Below, piece after piece: positions 27,811 through 37,739 of a DNA stretch of 64,000 bases; within the stretch, counting starts at the first letter, position 1; each line of letters begins with the position of its first letter. The DNA lies in IMG/VR virus record IMGVR_UViG_3300035180_001847, positions 1 to 64,000 of that record; one strand, 5' to 3'. The notes below the pieces were generated by a model. That model was not told the DNA's origin. It did not search any database and worked only from the letters and a program-made list of their open reading frames with translations. This stretch comes from a virus. Both the position numbers and the translations under genes were made by a program.

Positions 27811-28068
27811 TTAATTACCTGGCCGCAAATATGATTGATTATTTGCGTCCATCCAAGCGTAATTAATATGGTCAATTTCAGACGACGGGAAAGAGATGGA
27901 TTCAAAATGTTGCTTTTCATATTGAGAATACAATCGATATAGAAACGGAAGATTTTCATAAGCCCTAAGCGGATCATCAAAATTCTGATAAAATTTATCG
28001 TTGCAAAACTTCGGATAATCACCATGAAGCAAAGGAATGTTTTTATTTTTTTTCATTTTTTTTATCAT
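27811..28068 (-). CDS. Hypothetical protein
   Basis: Own promoter TTGACT...TATAAT and operator 28134-28147. Confidence 0.55.
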   Translation of the reverse strand: MIKKMKKNKNIPLLHGDYPKFCNDKFYQNFDDPLRAYENLPFLYRLYSQYEKQHFESISFPSSEIDHINYAWMDANNQSYLRPGN

Positions 28069-28311
28069 TTCCTTCCATGTTTTTTTATTTTATCTTATGA
28101 TTCATTATAATTCAAAATAAATAAAAAGTCAATATGACAAATATCACATCAAAATAAATCAAATGCAATAATCCATCACGCAACCACTAAAAACGCCACA
28201 ATCAATTTAATTGATAAAACCGTGATTTCATACCTGTTTGATTGTAAAAATCGCCCCTAAACGTTCATAGGGGCGTTCAGAGACATTGCCAATCAAATCT
28301 TGATAAGACTT

Positions 28312-28539
28312 TTACTCTTCATCTATTACAATTACATAAGAAGTATCATCGATACAATGAAGTGAAACAAGATAAATTTCAAAATCATCTAAAAATTTAT
28401 AAAAATTAGAAAGGAATTTTGAACCATCTTTTACCTGAACAATATAAATTCCTTTAGCCCAACGCACACGTTTGACAATATCCGAATGACTGTCCAATAA
28501 ATATTCTCTAATTTTTATTTGTGTTTGTACGTAATCCAT
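28312..28539 (-). CDS. Hypothetical protein
   Basis: RBS AAGGAGG before MDYVQ; tandem operator 28599-28634. Confidence 0.65.
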   Translation of the reverse strand: MDYVQTQIKIREYLLDSHSDIVKRVRWAKGIYIVQVKDGSKFLSNFYKFLDDFEIYLVSLHCIDDTSYVIVIDEE

Positions 28540-28752
28540 TGTATCCTGCCTCCTTTTTTTGATATTTATATTATGCACCAAGCTCCCAATGCTTACAAGT
28601 GACAAGCGTCATAATTTTATATGACATTTATTCTACATGTGAAATAAATCTTGTGCAAACACAACCCTGACAACCAATAAATTTTACACCAATAAATTTA
28701 CTGCGTTCCTGTTTTCATGCCCACATTCACATGCATCCAAAGCCACCAATGA

Positions 28753-28968
28753 TTAGAGCGTGGCTCGTTGACACAATGCGTCATCAATCTCACCATTTCT
28801 TCGTAAAGCCTCAAGCCACATTGAAAAGGTTATGCGAGTATCAGTCTTATACATTTTTCCCTTGCCTGAGTAATCCATAATCTTTTTTCTATCTGCTTCT
28901 GGAAAAATTTTCCAAAACGCAGAACGAAGTTGTTTTTGAGAAGTATATTTATAGTGTGAGCGACTCAT
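28753..28968 (-). CDS. Hypothetical phage protein
   Basis: Own promoter and tandem operator 29003-29067. Confidence 0.65.
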   Translation of the reverse strand: MSRSHYKYTSQKQLRSAFWKIFPEADRKKIMDYSGKGKMYKTDTRITFSMWLEALRRNGEIDDALCQRATL

Positions 28969-29161
28969 TTTCTACCAGTCCTTTATCTTGTTTGATATAA
29001 CTATTATAACACAATAACAAAAAGCTGCCAGTGATTAATGTCATATTTTGAATATTACATTAATCATTTCATGAAATGCTAGTTTCATAGCCTTCTTAAC
29101 AACCATTTTGCATTTTGACGAATTACGAGTTGTAAATAATTTTGCCTAGTTATGTTTTGTC

Positions 29162-29401
29162 TTACAGCCTAACAAAGCGTTGTCCATTCCAATATTCTTC
29201 CGCGCCAAGTTCCCTAGCACGTTTTTCAGCTTCCGCCAAAGAGGAAAGCCCAACGGCTATTTCCATGTCATCAATAATGACATCAAATTTATGAATAATA
29301 TCCGCCGCGAATCCATTAGAGCAATTTACCCATAACCCCGCTTGATTTTGGCGAATGCTGCCATTTCTTCCAGTGAACCAATGATGAATATGAGCTTTCA
29401 C
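29162..29401 (-). CDS. Hypothetical protein
   Basis: RBS AAGGAGG before GTG 29401. Confidence 0.55.
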   Translation of the reverse strand: MKAHIHHWFTGRNGSIRQNQAGLWVNCSNGFAADIIHKFDVIIDDMEIAVGLSSLAEAEKRARELGAEEYWNGQRFVRL

Positions 29402-29598
29402 TCTGCTCCTCCTTCTGTGTTCGTTGTTTTCTTTGCATCTGCACCCGCCGCCTGCGCGCCTTGCTGGGCAGAAATAATGGCAACGGAAGCGGCAGCAGAC
29501 ATAATAAGCGTCCCGATAGCACATGGGTTATCAGGATGCTTTGAACATTGCTCGCACTTCAAAGCGTGTTTGAAAAATCTTTGTGGCAAGGCTTCCAT
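29398..29598 (-). CDS. Cassette-like small Cys-containing protein
   Basis: RBS GGAG after attC; CEQC. Confidence 0.55.
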   Translation of the reverse strand: MEALPQRFFKHALKCEQCSKHPDNPCAIGTLIMSAAASVAIISAQQGAQAAGADAKKTTNTEGGAE

Positions 29599-29613
29599 AT
29601 TTTCTCCGTTTCT

Positions 29614-29720
29614 GCCCAACGATTTGCGTTAACGGCGGGTGGATTGAACAGAGCCACCGCCACCGCAGACCACTATTTTGGGGACGACTGTTCACCCGTC
29701 TGCTGCACGCTTTGTTTGAG
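29614..29720 (-). repeat. attC-like site (complete)
   Basis: CTCAAAC-AAAGC-GTGCAGCA...CGTTAAC-GCAAATC-GTTGGGC; stem ACGGGTGAACAG/CTGTTCAATCCACCCGC. Confidence 0.8.
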
Positions 29721-29852
29721 CGCGTCTATGATTTGCATGGCTTCTTCGTTACTGCGAAATTCAATTAGTGACCACGCTACGCCATTATGTGACACTTTCA
29801 GCCAGCGGACACCCTCTTGATGCTCATCGTTTACAACTTCAACTTTTATCAT
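29673..29852 (-). CDS. Cassette-like hypothetical protein
   Basis: Ends KQSVQQTGE (attC read-through). Confidence 0.6.
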   Translation of the reverse strand: MIKVEVVNDEHQEGVRWLKVSHNGVAWSLIEFRSNEEAMQIIDALKQSVQQTGEQSSPK

Positions 29853-29858
29853 TTGTCG

Positions 29859-29977
29859 CTCCAACGATTTGCGCTAGCGGCTTTTCGCGGGCAACGCAAC
29901 ATCAAAAATACAGGCACAGCGCGGGCAATTCGCCACCGCCACCGCATACCGAGAATCGGTTGCGCGCTTTGCTAGGC
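29859..29977 (-). repeat. attC-like site (complete)
   Basis: GCCTAGC-AAAGC-GCGCAACC...CGCTAGC-GCAAATC-GTTGGAG. Confidence 0.75.
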
Positions 29978-30113
29978 GTTCTGCCAATACTGCACGAATA
30001 TCGGATAAGAAACTGTTTTCGCTGGGATTACTCACTCGATGCGCCGTATCAATTAGGGCATTGAGTAAATCTTCATCGGAATATTTTTCAAGTGTATTCA
30101 TTTGCGTATTCAT
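29874..30113 (-). CDS. Cassette-like hypothetical protein
   Basis: RBS AGGAG; C-terminus encoded by attC. Confidence 0.6.
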   Translation of the reverse strand: MNTQMNTLEKYSDEDLLNALIDTAHRVSNPSENSFLSDIRAVLAERLAKRATDSRYAVAVANCPRCACIFDVALPAKSR

Positions 30114-30127
30114 TTGCGCTCCTAAAC

Positions 30128-30220
30128 GCCTAGCGATTTGTTAGTAGCATGTGGGCGAAGGAATAAGCCTTGATCTGGTTTACCACCGCCCACCCTTGTC
30201 ACCTGCAAACCTTGTTAGCC
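30128..30220 (-). repeat. attC-like site (complete, diverged)
   Basis: GGCTAAC-AAGGT-TTGCAGGT...TACTAACAAATC-GCTAGGC. Confidence 0.7.
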
Positions 30221-30225
30221 CACAC

Positions 30226-30456
30226 CTAGATTTCAACAATAATCGGTTCGATGATACCATCTGGATAACAAGATAAACCTTTTGAAGCCGCTTTTGCCAC
30301 AATGTCATGAAACGTTTCCGGAACGATTGATAGCCCATCATTTTGATTGTAATCTCCGGAAAACTCTTCTCCGTTAACGTTGCCACCAAAAAAGGCGACC
30401 ACGCCGTCAGCGCACTCTTCGCGCACATACTTTGTGAACGTTACTACCTTGTCCAT
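30226..30456 (-). CDS. Hypothetical protein
   Basis: First gene after promoter 30499-30542; followed by attC. Confidence 0.65.
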   Translation of the reverse strand: MDKVVTFTKYVREECADGVVAFFGGNVNGEEFSGDYNQNDGLSIVPETFHDIVAKAASKGLSCYPDGIIEPIIVEI

Positions 30457-30695
30457 GATACCTTATCCTTTTTTATAATCATTCTTTGCCATGCCACTAT
30501 TACAAGCTCCCATTCCTTAAAAGTCAAGGTGACAAATTTAACTTTTTCGTAACCTTCAATAAATTCTATGGGGAGGGGAATGATTTCTACCGCTTCGGTG
30601 GACTACACTCCAGGCCATCTCGACTTTACGGAATTTAGACTGCTTTTATCCGATATTGTTTATTTATTCGAGCGGTAGAATGAATGTTTTTTATT

Positions 30696-31262
30696 TTATT
30701 CTTCTTCGATCTGATTACGGCGACTGACTAGATAATCATAAACGTCATCGATGATATAACAATCCGATTCGGATTCAAGTTTACGCGCCAATTCTCGAAG
30801 CGACTCATCAGGTTGTCCGAAATAAACGCCCAATTCGGAATCGCTCAATTCATCGAACAAGTCCTCACAAAAATATTCTGGCTCATCCGTAAAGCAAGAC
30901 TCTAACTCATCTGTCAACTCATCGAGAGCAGAAGTGGCCTCGTCATCAAGCGAACCAATGTAATTAGAACCATTCCAATCGCTTGACCATCCGTCACAAA
31001 TTGCATCAAGCAATTTTTGACCTTCATCTGATTCGAGGAACTTCCGAACCAAACCACCGTCAAGAGTGTTTCTTAGTCTTGCTTCAATATCAATACCATT
31101 CCAAACATTCATTGAAGTCGAGTTTGTGTCGTAGTCCTGAGTAACACTTGCCTTGCGCGATTCGGGATGGATGTTCAACGTTGTCAAAGTCAATCCCTTT
31201 GTGTCGTGATGGTAAGGATCGAGTTCATGACGGCAATCAACGTTCCCAATTTTTACGGACAT
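30696..31262 (-). CDS. Acidic hypothetical phage protein
   Basis: RBS AAGGAG; very D/E-rich. Confidence 0.75.
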   Translation of the reverse strand: MSVKIGNVDCRHELDPYHHDTKGLTLTTLNIHPESRKASVTQDYDTNSTSMNVWNGIDIEARLRNTLDGGLVRKFLESDEGQKLLDAICDGWSSDWNGSNYIGSLDDEATSALDELTDELESCFTDEPEYFCEDLFDELSDSELGVYFGQPDESLRELARKLESESDCYIIDDVYDYLVSRRNQIEEE

Positions 31263-31769
31263 ATTTCATCTCCTTTTTATATTAGTTATTGGTTATTTAT
31301 TATTTGTCATTGGCTTATTATCGATGATTTGATTATATAACATTATTGCCAGAAAATCAAGGTAATAAATGTCATATACTCGTCATCTTTAATTAATCCT
31401 GACAAATCCTGACAAGCCTCTTGTACTCAATGCCCCAGCCATTATTAATAAAAACTTCGCGCCATTGAATTTTGCCACGATTTTCATCAATAAATTTCTT
31501 CATATTTTCCTTGCTTTTGAACGTCCTGATAATCCACATTTTTTTCTTCTCCGTTTCTTTTATCTTTATATTTATAATTATATTCATTCTCCCCGATTTG
31601 TCAACAGCCAAAAGTCACCAACACTACATGACATTAATCATTATAGTCTATTTGACCACAGGAAAGCCGCCAGCCGTTTTTATATCGAAATAGACACAAG
31701 CTCCCAGGTCTTAAATAAAAAACGCTCCTGGGGCTTCCAGAAGCGTTTTAGGATATTTATACGCCCGCT

Positions 31770-32081
31770 TTATGCCTTACTTTCTTGATTAAGGCGAATT
31801 GCTTCTTCAATCTCTTTGAGCAAAAGCGGATTGGAACACAAAGATTCAATTTCTTTTCTGATCCTCTTATATTCTCGCCGAGCATCCGTCAGTTTTTCTG
31901 TCTGAAAAAAATAAACGCTTTTTCCGTGCAAATGATCGAACCACGAAACAGTATAGACTCCATGTTCCAGATACATTTCTCCCGCTTGACCAAGAAAGTT
32001 GATCTTTTCAATGTATCCACAGGCAAGCCCGTAACTTGTCAGCCAACCGTCTTTTGTGTAAAATGGAATTTCCGTAGTCAT
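31770..32081 (-). CDS. Conserved phage hypothetical protein
   Basis: GWLTSYGLACGYIE motif; RBS GAGG. Confidence 0.7.
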   Translation of the reverse strand: MTTEIPFYTKDGWLTSYGLACGYIEKINFLGQAGEMYLEHGVYTVSWFDHLHGKSVYFFQTEKLTDARREYKRIRKEIESLCSNPLLLKEIEEAIRLNQESKA

Positions 32082-32098
32082 TTTTTACCTCTTGTTTA

Positions 32099-32413
32099 CT
32101 ACAAAATGTCATACGAACCAATGATGTTATATTTATCGTCGCCATCGTCAAATGTCACACCAGGGTCTAATTTTCCGTTACGCCAAAATTTATCGCCCTT
32201 AATATATCGCGGATGGATTTCGCCTAAACATTCGGCATTTTCATGAATTTTACTCCAGATATACTCTGTTTCAAATTCATTGAGCGGATTTTTATCGTTG
32301 AATCGTGACAATTGCCAAAATAAATTACAAGTTGTTTTTGGCTTACGGTTTACCAGATAGAGAGAATGGATTCCCGTGTGCATGTCAACCACGTCAATTG
32401 CATTCTTTGCCAT
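32099..32413 (-). CDS. Hypothetical protein
   Basis: RBS GAGGTG; tandem operator 32476-32512. Confidence 0.65.
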   Translation of the reverse strand: MAKNAIDVVDMHTGIHSLYLVNRKPKTTCNLFWQLSRFNDKNPLNEFETEYIWSKIHENAECLGEIHPRYIKGDKFWRNGKLDPGVTFDDGDDKYNIIGSYDIL

Positions 32414-32529
32414 TTTTCACCTCTTATTTATTTATTTATTTAATCCAATTATATCACAATTCAGGGACTTTGCCAGTGATAAAAATCATATTTTATACAT
32501 GACTTTTATAATCACCATCCAATATTATT

Positions 32530-33162
32530 TTATTTGAATACCTTTCCATTTTCATCAAAGAAAATTTCGTTGGCTTCCGTGTAATCAATAAAATTTTCTT
32601 TGGATTGTTGAAATTCGAGTTCATCTTCAATAATTCTCACGGCACAATCCGCGAGATTGGAAAATGCCTCTTTCAATGTGAATCCTTTCTTTATGTCGTT
32701 CAACAAACTGTATAGAAAATCATCGTCCGCGCAGTATCCCGTAAAAGGACAGGATATTACGTTGCCATCATTCCCAATGATATCATAATAAAATCCCCTC
32801 TTTCCCTCGTGAGTATAATTCACACGTTTAAAAGATTTTATCCCCAATCGATCCTTAATCCATTTATAAGCCCTCTGCCCTGTATAGTCATCAACCAGCG
32901 AATCACTATCGGCCAATTCGCTCCAGTAGGTAGGGATCGTAAACTTAACATAACTTCGAGAATAGTCATCATCGATATAGTAATCAATGAGACTACACCC
33001 AAAAGCCTTAAAAATAGCTTTAAAACTATCTACAATCTCATACTTTTCTAGCGGTTCACTTTGAGATTGTCTCCACTTTTCCAATGCGGAATCAAATGCG
33101 GAAGGGAAAAGCTCCCGAAGCTCATAGGCAGTATAAACTGTCTTTGTGATTGTTTTTGACAT
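32530..33162 (-). CDS. Conserved phage hypothetical protein
   Basis: TVYTAYEL...CPFTGYCADDDF...EANEIFFDENG; RBS AAGGAG. Confidence 0.72.
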   Translation of the reverse strand: MSKTITKTVYTAYELRELFPSAFDSALEKWRQSQSEPLEKYEIVDSFKAIFKAFGCSLIDYYIDDDYSRSYVKFTIPTYWSELADSDSLVDDYTGQRAYKWIKDRLGIKSFKRVNYTHEGKRGFYYDIIGNDGNVISCPFTGYCADDDFLYSLLNDIKKGFTLKEAFSNLADCAVRIIEDELEFQQSKENFIDYTEANEIFFDENGKVFK

Positions 33163-33251
33163 GGTTATGCTCCTTTTTTTCATAATTAATTAGACGTTAT
33201 GGCATACAATCCCATTCCATCGAGATTATATGCCATCTCGCAACTAATCAA

Positions 33252-33653
33252 TTATCGCGCCCAATATGTTACGCCGTCAAATTCTGATGAAGTGTAATCC
33301 TGTTTAAGATTTTCGGCGGTCTTCTCCCAATCTATGACGATCCAAGCGGGAAAATCTTGCGGAATATCTCCGAGGTCTTCTAAAAGTTCCTGTGTGTAGT
33401 CAACAAAATGAACCTCGTTGATTAGCGTCACAGGATACCAATCCCCGCGCCATTCCTCATCGCCACCATAACCCCGAAAGCCATCAATGAAATCTTGCAG
33501 TTGCGCGAGTTCAATACAATCATCGGATTCTTCCCATTCCGCCAATTTGTTATTTTCAAGAAGCGAGTCGCGGATGTCCTCCAGTTCCTCGATTCTCTTG
33601 AAAATATCACGAGAGTCTAGCACGTCCTGAGCGTTATTAATTTCGTTTGACAT
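33252..33653 (-). CDS. ardA: ArdA-like acidic antirestriction protein
   Basis: DYTQELLEDLGDIP..FPAWIVIDWEKTAENLKQDY resembles the ArdA C-terminal domain; highly acidic. Confidence 0.65.
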   Translation of the reverse strand: MSNEINNAQDVLDSRDIFKRIEELEDIRDSLLENNKLAEWEESDDCIELAQLQDFIDGFRGYGGDEEWRGDWYPVTLINEVHFVDYTQELLEDLGDIPQDFPAWIVIDWEKTAENLKQDYTSSEFDGVTYWAR

Positions 33654-33931
33654 GGTATATATCCTTTTCTTTTTTGTGTTGTGTTGTGTTGTGTTGTCAA
33701 TCGTTTTCTATCTTGACGTTATTCTACACCCACGCCATAAAAACGTCAATAGCCAAATGTCACAAAGCTCCCATTACTTTAATCATATTGCTTTATGCAG
33801 CATTACGCGACTCTATGACCTTGCGAGTCATTCCAAGCAATTTTTCAAACAGATAAAACTCTCGCGCCTTAATTTTCAGTCGTTTTTTGGCGTGTTTTGA
33901 GCGTTTTAGGGTGTGTTTTTTATCACGGAAT

Positions 33932-33972
33932 AGAGAAAATCCGCCATCGGTTAAGCGGATAGCGGATTTTCT
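33932..33972. terminator. Hairpin / intrinsic terminator
   Basis: AGAAAATCCGC...GCGGATTTTCT. Confidence 0.55.
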
Positions 33973-33987
33973 GCCAACGATTGAGTT

Positions 33988-34185
33988 TTACAAGCCTTGC
34001 ATCAATCGCTTTGTTTTTGCGAGTTGTTTTTTCGTTGGCACGACAACCCAGGACATGACGGCGGAACGATCGCAGCCTTCGGCCTTGCAAACTAAATCTT
34101 TTGCCGATTCAAAGTCTTTTGCAAAAACACGAATTGAGGTGATGGCATTGTTGCGTTTAATTTCAAATTTAAATTGCTTTTTCAT
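33988..34185 (-). CDS. Hypothetical protein
   Basis: RBS AAGGA. Confidence 0.65.
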   Translation of the reverse strand: MKKQFKFEIKRNNAITSIRVFAKDFESAKDLVCKAEGCDRSAVMSWVVVPTKKQLAKTKRLMQGL

Positions 34186-34203
34186 TTTGATAATCCTTTT
34201 TTA

Positions 34204-34470
34204 TTATGCGGTATATCTATCATAGTTACGAATCGGACTATAATCCACCGATTCCTTTTCGACAATCTGAGGCTTGCAACCATAAGTGGCAATATAGGCA
34301 GTAAAAAATTTACTTGCATCGGAATCCTCTTCAAGATAGACGGTATTCCCGTTCTGGTAGGAATGGCTTGAAATTTCGCCATCGATTCCGAGTTTTACCA
34401 GTTCGGAACGCTTTACCGCCAACCAGCCGTGACCTGCATCAGAATAGAATTTATAGATTGGTTTTTTCAT
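34204..34470 (-). CDS. Conserved phage hypothetical protein
   Basis: SDAGHGWLAV...ISSHSY...VYLEEDSDA. Confidence 0.72.
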   Translation of the reverse strand: MKKPIYKFYSDAGHGWLAVKRSELVKLGIDGEISSHSYQNGNTVYLEEDSDASKFFTAYIATYGCKPQIVEKESVDYSPIRNYDRYTA

Positions 34471-34682
34471 TTTCTTAATCCTCATTTCAAAGATAATATA
34501 ATTATATCTACTTTTTGCCATTTGTCAATGATGAAATGTCATAAGTTTGTCATATTATAGTCGGTCAAAAGTCACCATTATTTAACTCATCCAATTGACA
34601 AAAACCACCACTGATACACAGCCACCACACCAGACCTCGAACCTCCCGCGTGTTAATCACGTTAACCACGCCACCGAACCAC

Positions 34683-34711
34683 AAAAAGCCCGAAGTGTTT
34701 CAGGCTTTTTG
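34683..34711. terminator. Bidirectional intrinsic terminator
   Basis: AAAAAGCC...GGCTTTTT. Confidence 0.6.
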
Positions 34712-34738
34712 TATTATTCTGGCCTAACCAAACATAAT

Positions 34739-35125
34739 CTAATCTAATTTCGATAAGATTTTAACCGCCTTGCATGTGATCTGGTATTCTCTGACAAGAT
34801 CGGAATCGGTTGCCGCTGCCTCTTCTTGCCATCGATAATCGAAAATTGATCTGTTTTCAATCTCTTTTTTTGCGTAATCTAGCAAGTATGACATGCTGCG
34901 CCCTGATAACTCATGAATAAAATCGGTGCCTTTGTTTTCTGGATACCATAGCAACCCGCCAAAACCGCCCTTAAAATAAACTAGGATTTTCTCGGTTGGA
35001 ACATGATAAAAAATCTTATAATGACCACTTAAGCCGCCGTCTTCATCCTTTAGATTTACTGCTAGATTCCATGCGTTAAGCGTTAAAATGGTTGGAGACA
35101 ATCGAAATACATTCATTTTAGCCAT
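34739..35125 (-). CDS. Hypothetical protein
   Basis: Own promoter 35148-35214. Confidence 0.65.
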   Translation of the reverse strand: MAKMNVFRLSPTILTLNAWNLAVNLKDEDGGLSGHYKIFYHVPTEKILVYFKGGFGGLLWYPENKGTDFIHELSGRSMSYLLDYAKKEIENRSIFDYRWQEEAAATDSDLVREYQITCKAVKILSKLD

Positions 35126-35334
35126 CCTTTTTTATTTTTTGGCATAATTATTATAGCACAATCATCAAAAGCTGCCAGCAATCAACGCCATATTCGGAAT
35201 ATTACATTAATCACAACCCCATCACACCACACAACCCTACACCACACCGCCATAAAATGCTAGCATGACCTGGAACGGCCTAAATCTCGTTCCAGGTAAT
35301 GCTACAATCACCCATACTTGCCAGCAACTAGCAA

Positions 35335-35808
35335 TTAACTTAATTTGCTCTTAACGAGGTCTAGCGATAAATCCTCGATGTTGCCAGCCGCTAAGTCATC
35401 TTGCAATGACTTTTTGAGTTGAGCGAAAAACCGATCAAACGCATCAATGATTTTTTCCGGTTCGCCCTCGACTTTTCGGAACGGCAATTTTTTAAGGCTG
35501 TAGGTCTGATACCATTCTCGCGGTTTAATGAAGTAGCTTTTGTACTTGTTTTCTAACATGAGAGACGGTAAATCAGGGGCGGGCATATTGCCAAACACAA
35601 AAGCCCCATCAACCGAATCAATAACATGGAAGACGATGTTAAACATGTCATTCTCCCAATATCGGCGAATCAACTCAGATTCATCACCAGCCAAAAAAAG
35701 CCGGACGTGAATCGAGTGGCGCGATGGGGAGTGAACCATTATCTTACTTTTTGGAAAGTGAGAATGGTACGTTTTTTCAATATTGGTTATGAAATCTTGT
35801 GCGTTCAT
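35335..35808 (-). CDS. Hypothetical protein
   Basis: RBS GAGGAG before MNAQDF. Confidence 0.7.
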   Translation of the reverse strand: MNAQDFITNIEKTYHSHFPKSKIMVHSPSRHSIHVRLFLAGDESELIRRYWENDMFNIVFHVIDSVDGAFVFGNMPAPDLPSLMLENKYKSYFIKPREWYQTYSLKKLPFRKVEGEPEKIIDAFDRFFAQLKKSLQDDLAAGNIEDLSLDLVKSKLS

Positions 35809-35891
35809 TTCGGACTCCTCTTGTTTGTTGATTGATTGATTGATTGATTCAATTTTACCGCAAGCTGCCAGCAATTACAAGATGATAAATG

Positions 35892-36107
35892 TCACGATTC
35901 GACTATGACAAACACCATCCTAATCTGATTAAAAAACTCTTCATCTGTGAATTGACCGGATTCAATCGGTCTACCGCTTGCGAGTCTGGAATTAACGCGC
36001 AGACGGTCACGATATAAGTCCGAGTCTGACATGGATTCGCGCAAAATTGCGCGCGCGGATTCGAATCGCGGTGTTTCCGTTGATTCTGTTTGATTCAATG
36101 TTACCAT
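35892..36107 (-). CDS. Hypothetical protein
   Basis: RBS AAGGA. Confidence 0.5.
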   Translation of the reverse strand: MVTLNQTESTETPRFESARAILRESMSDSDLYRDRLRVNSRLASGRPIESGQFTDEEFFNQIRMVFVIVES

Positions 36108-36189
36108 TCTTAACATCCTTCGGCCTTATTTTATAATCTTAAGCTCTGACCGGAATTACGATTCCGGCCAGTGATTGAGGCCATAAATT

Positions 36190-36432
36190 TTATAGTTGAT
36201 TCAACGGCGATTCAAATTCCGATTCGAATTCTGCTTCAAGTTCTGCCGCGAGTTTTGCGGATTCAAGTCTGCGAACTCGCATGTCGTGTTTAAAATCTGC
36301 CACTGCCAACCGTTGAGTCGCCCGCCATCCTTGCGCCTCAAGTTTGAGGCATGACGATTTAACGCCCAGGTGAGGGAGGGGAGAGGCTTGAGTCTTGCGT
36401 GCTTTGTTTGTTTTGTTTGTTTTGGTTGTCAT
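36190..36432 (-). CDS. Hypothetical protein
   Basis: RBS AAGGA. Confidence 0.6.
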   Translation of the reverse strand: MTTKTNKTNKARKTQASPLPHLGVKSSCLKLEAQGWRATQRLAVADFKHDMRVRRLESAKLAAELEAEFESEFESPLNQL

Positions 36433-36448
36433 GTTTTTTGTCCTTTTT

Positions 36449-37045
36449 TTAGAGTTTTTTATAATCAGGTTTATGCCATTTTAAGGCCTTCCTGTTAAAA
36501 ATTACGTCAAGCAGAATCAATCTTCCCGCTTCATCTACTTTTAAATTCCGCTTGTTAAATTCCAGCCTGTAGGAATCTCCATAGTTACCGCAAGCGTCTA
36601 CAAGCGATTCAAGCGATTCGATTATTGACGGTTCAATCTGGCCGCGTAAAGCCTCAATGATTTCATAGTTAAAATTATAATCTGATACTCCGACTCGGCA
36701 GTTTTTCCATGCCGATTCCAGGATTCTAAACTGTCTCCATGCGGTCTTATGTTTCGGAGTCAACGGTTGATATAGTTTAGATTTAAATAGCATCGTGCCA
36801 TCGTCAAAGACTCCGATCTTTTCAATCTCTGGCAAATGCTCACCTATCGCAAACTCGGCTATGGCTTCCTTGCTGTAATCCGTTTCCCGCCGTTGCTGTT
36901 TAACGAACGAGTAAACCACGCCGTCAACCTCATAACACGTAGCGAAACTGCCACGCCCCAGGAATCGGGCTTCAATCTTAACCGGCTCACCCCAGCCGTC
37001 AAGAATTGTAATCATTCTCAAGTCGCCTTTTTTCATGTTAGTCAT
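36449..37045 (-). CDS. Protein-kinase-like fold protein
   Basis: FLGRGSFATCY Gly-loop, K, EFNKRNL (catalytic-loop-like, Asp absent), ILLD. Confidence 0.5.
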   Translation of the reverse strand: MTNMKKGDLRMITILDGWGEPVKIEARFLGRGSFATCYEVDGVVYSFVKQQRRETDYSKEAIAEFAIGEHLPEIEKIGVFDDGTMLFKSKLYQPLTPKHKTAWRQFRILESAWKNCRVGVSDYNFNYEIIEALRGQIEPSIIESLESLVDACGNYGDSYRLEFNKRNLKVDEAGRLILLDVIFNRKALKWHKPDYKKL

Positions 37046-37180
37046 CCTTTTCTTTTTTGGTATGGATGGATTTTAACCGATTCTCGTTGTGAGTCAAGGT
37101 TTTGCAAGGTGATTAATGTCATATATTTTTAAGTCAAATGTCATGAAACACTTGTTCTAATTTTTACATGGATTAAAAAA

Positions 37181-37223
37181 TTAAACAAAAAGAGTCTAAT
37201 TCCTTAGACTCTTTTTGTTTAAT
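37181..37223. terminator. Bidirectional intrinsic terminator
   Basis: TTAAACAAAAAGAGTCTAA-TTCC-TTAGACTCTTTTTGTTTAA perfect inverted repeat. Confidence 0.75.
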
Positions 37224-37231
37224 TTGATGGG

Positions 37232-37531
37232 TTAGGCGATATCTAGATTGCCCGCGCCGATGCTTGCCAGGTATGCGGATTCCGCGTCTCGCACCTCGCC
37301 TGCGATGTCATCAATGATTTTATTGATCGCGGCCTCGTGACTCTGGTATTCAGTCTCCCCGCGTCCCGTGATGGTATAAATTCGATTCGGACGCTCACCA
37401 TCACGCGGCGCAATGTAGGATATCTCTGTCATGTAATAGGGCGTGAACGGATCGAGATAAGCGGAATTAATGAGCTTTTCGAATCCAGTTGGCTCAGTGA
37501 TTAGTTTGGTTATCATGGATATAATCTTCAT
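37232..37531 (-). CDS. Hypothetical protein
   Basis: RBS AAGGAG. Confidence 0.65.
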   Translation of the reverse strand: MKIISMITKLITEPTGFEKLINSAYLDPFTPYYMTEISYIAPRDGERPNRIYTITGRGETEYQSHEAAINKIIDDIAGEVRDAESAYLASIGAGNLDIA

Positions 37532-37739
37532 TTCAGACTCCTTCTTGTTTATTGATTGATTAATTGATTAATTTACTTAATGATCCCGACTGATACCAGG
37601 ATCGAGCGGATCAGGAACAAAACGGCGAAAATCAAAAAAGCTACGAAAATTTGGACGGGGACGGCGGAAAGTGTGAGATTCATGATTGATTATCCTTTTC
37701 TGTGTGTTTTTTGTTTTTTGATTTTTTTAATTTTTTAAT

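Noticed and set aside
29167-29183. GCCTAACAAAGCGTTG as a plus-strand attC left end
   Set aside because: Opposite orientation to all neighbours and no matching right half found; kept as ambiguous.
15622-30220. CRISPR array interpretation of the dispersed repeats
   Set aside because: Repeats are 85-140 bp, variable, and separated by whole genes, not by constant ~30-40 bp spacers; no cas genes.
527-37132. Many short plus-strand ORFs overlapping minus-strand genes (and minus-strand ones beyond 43 kb)
   Set aside because: Antisense shadows of better-supported genes; no RBS or motifs.
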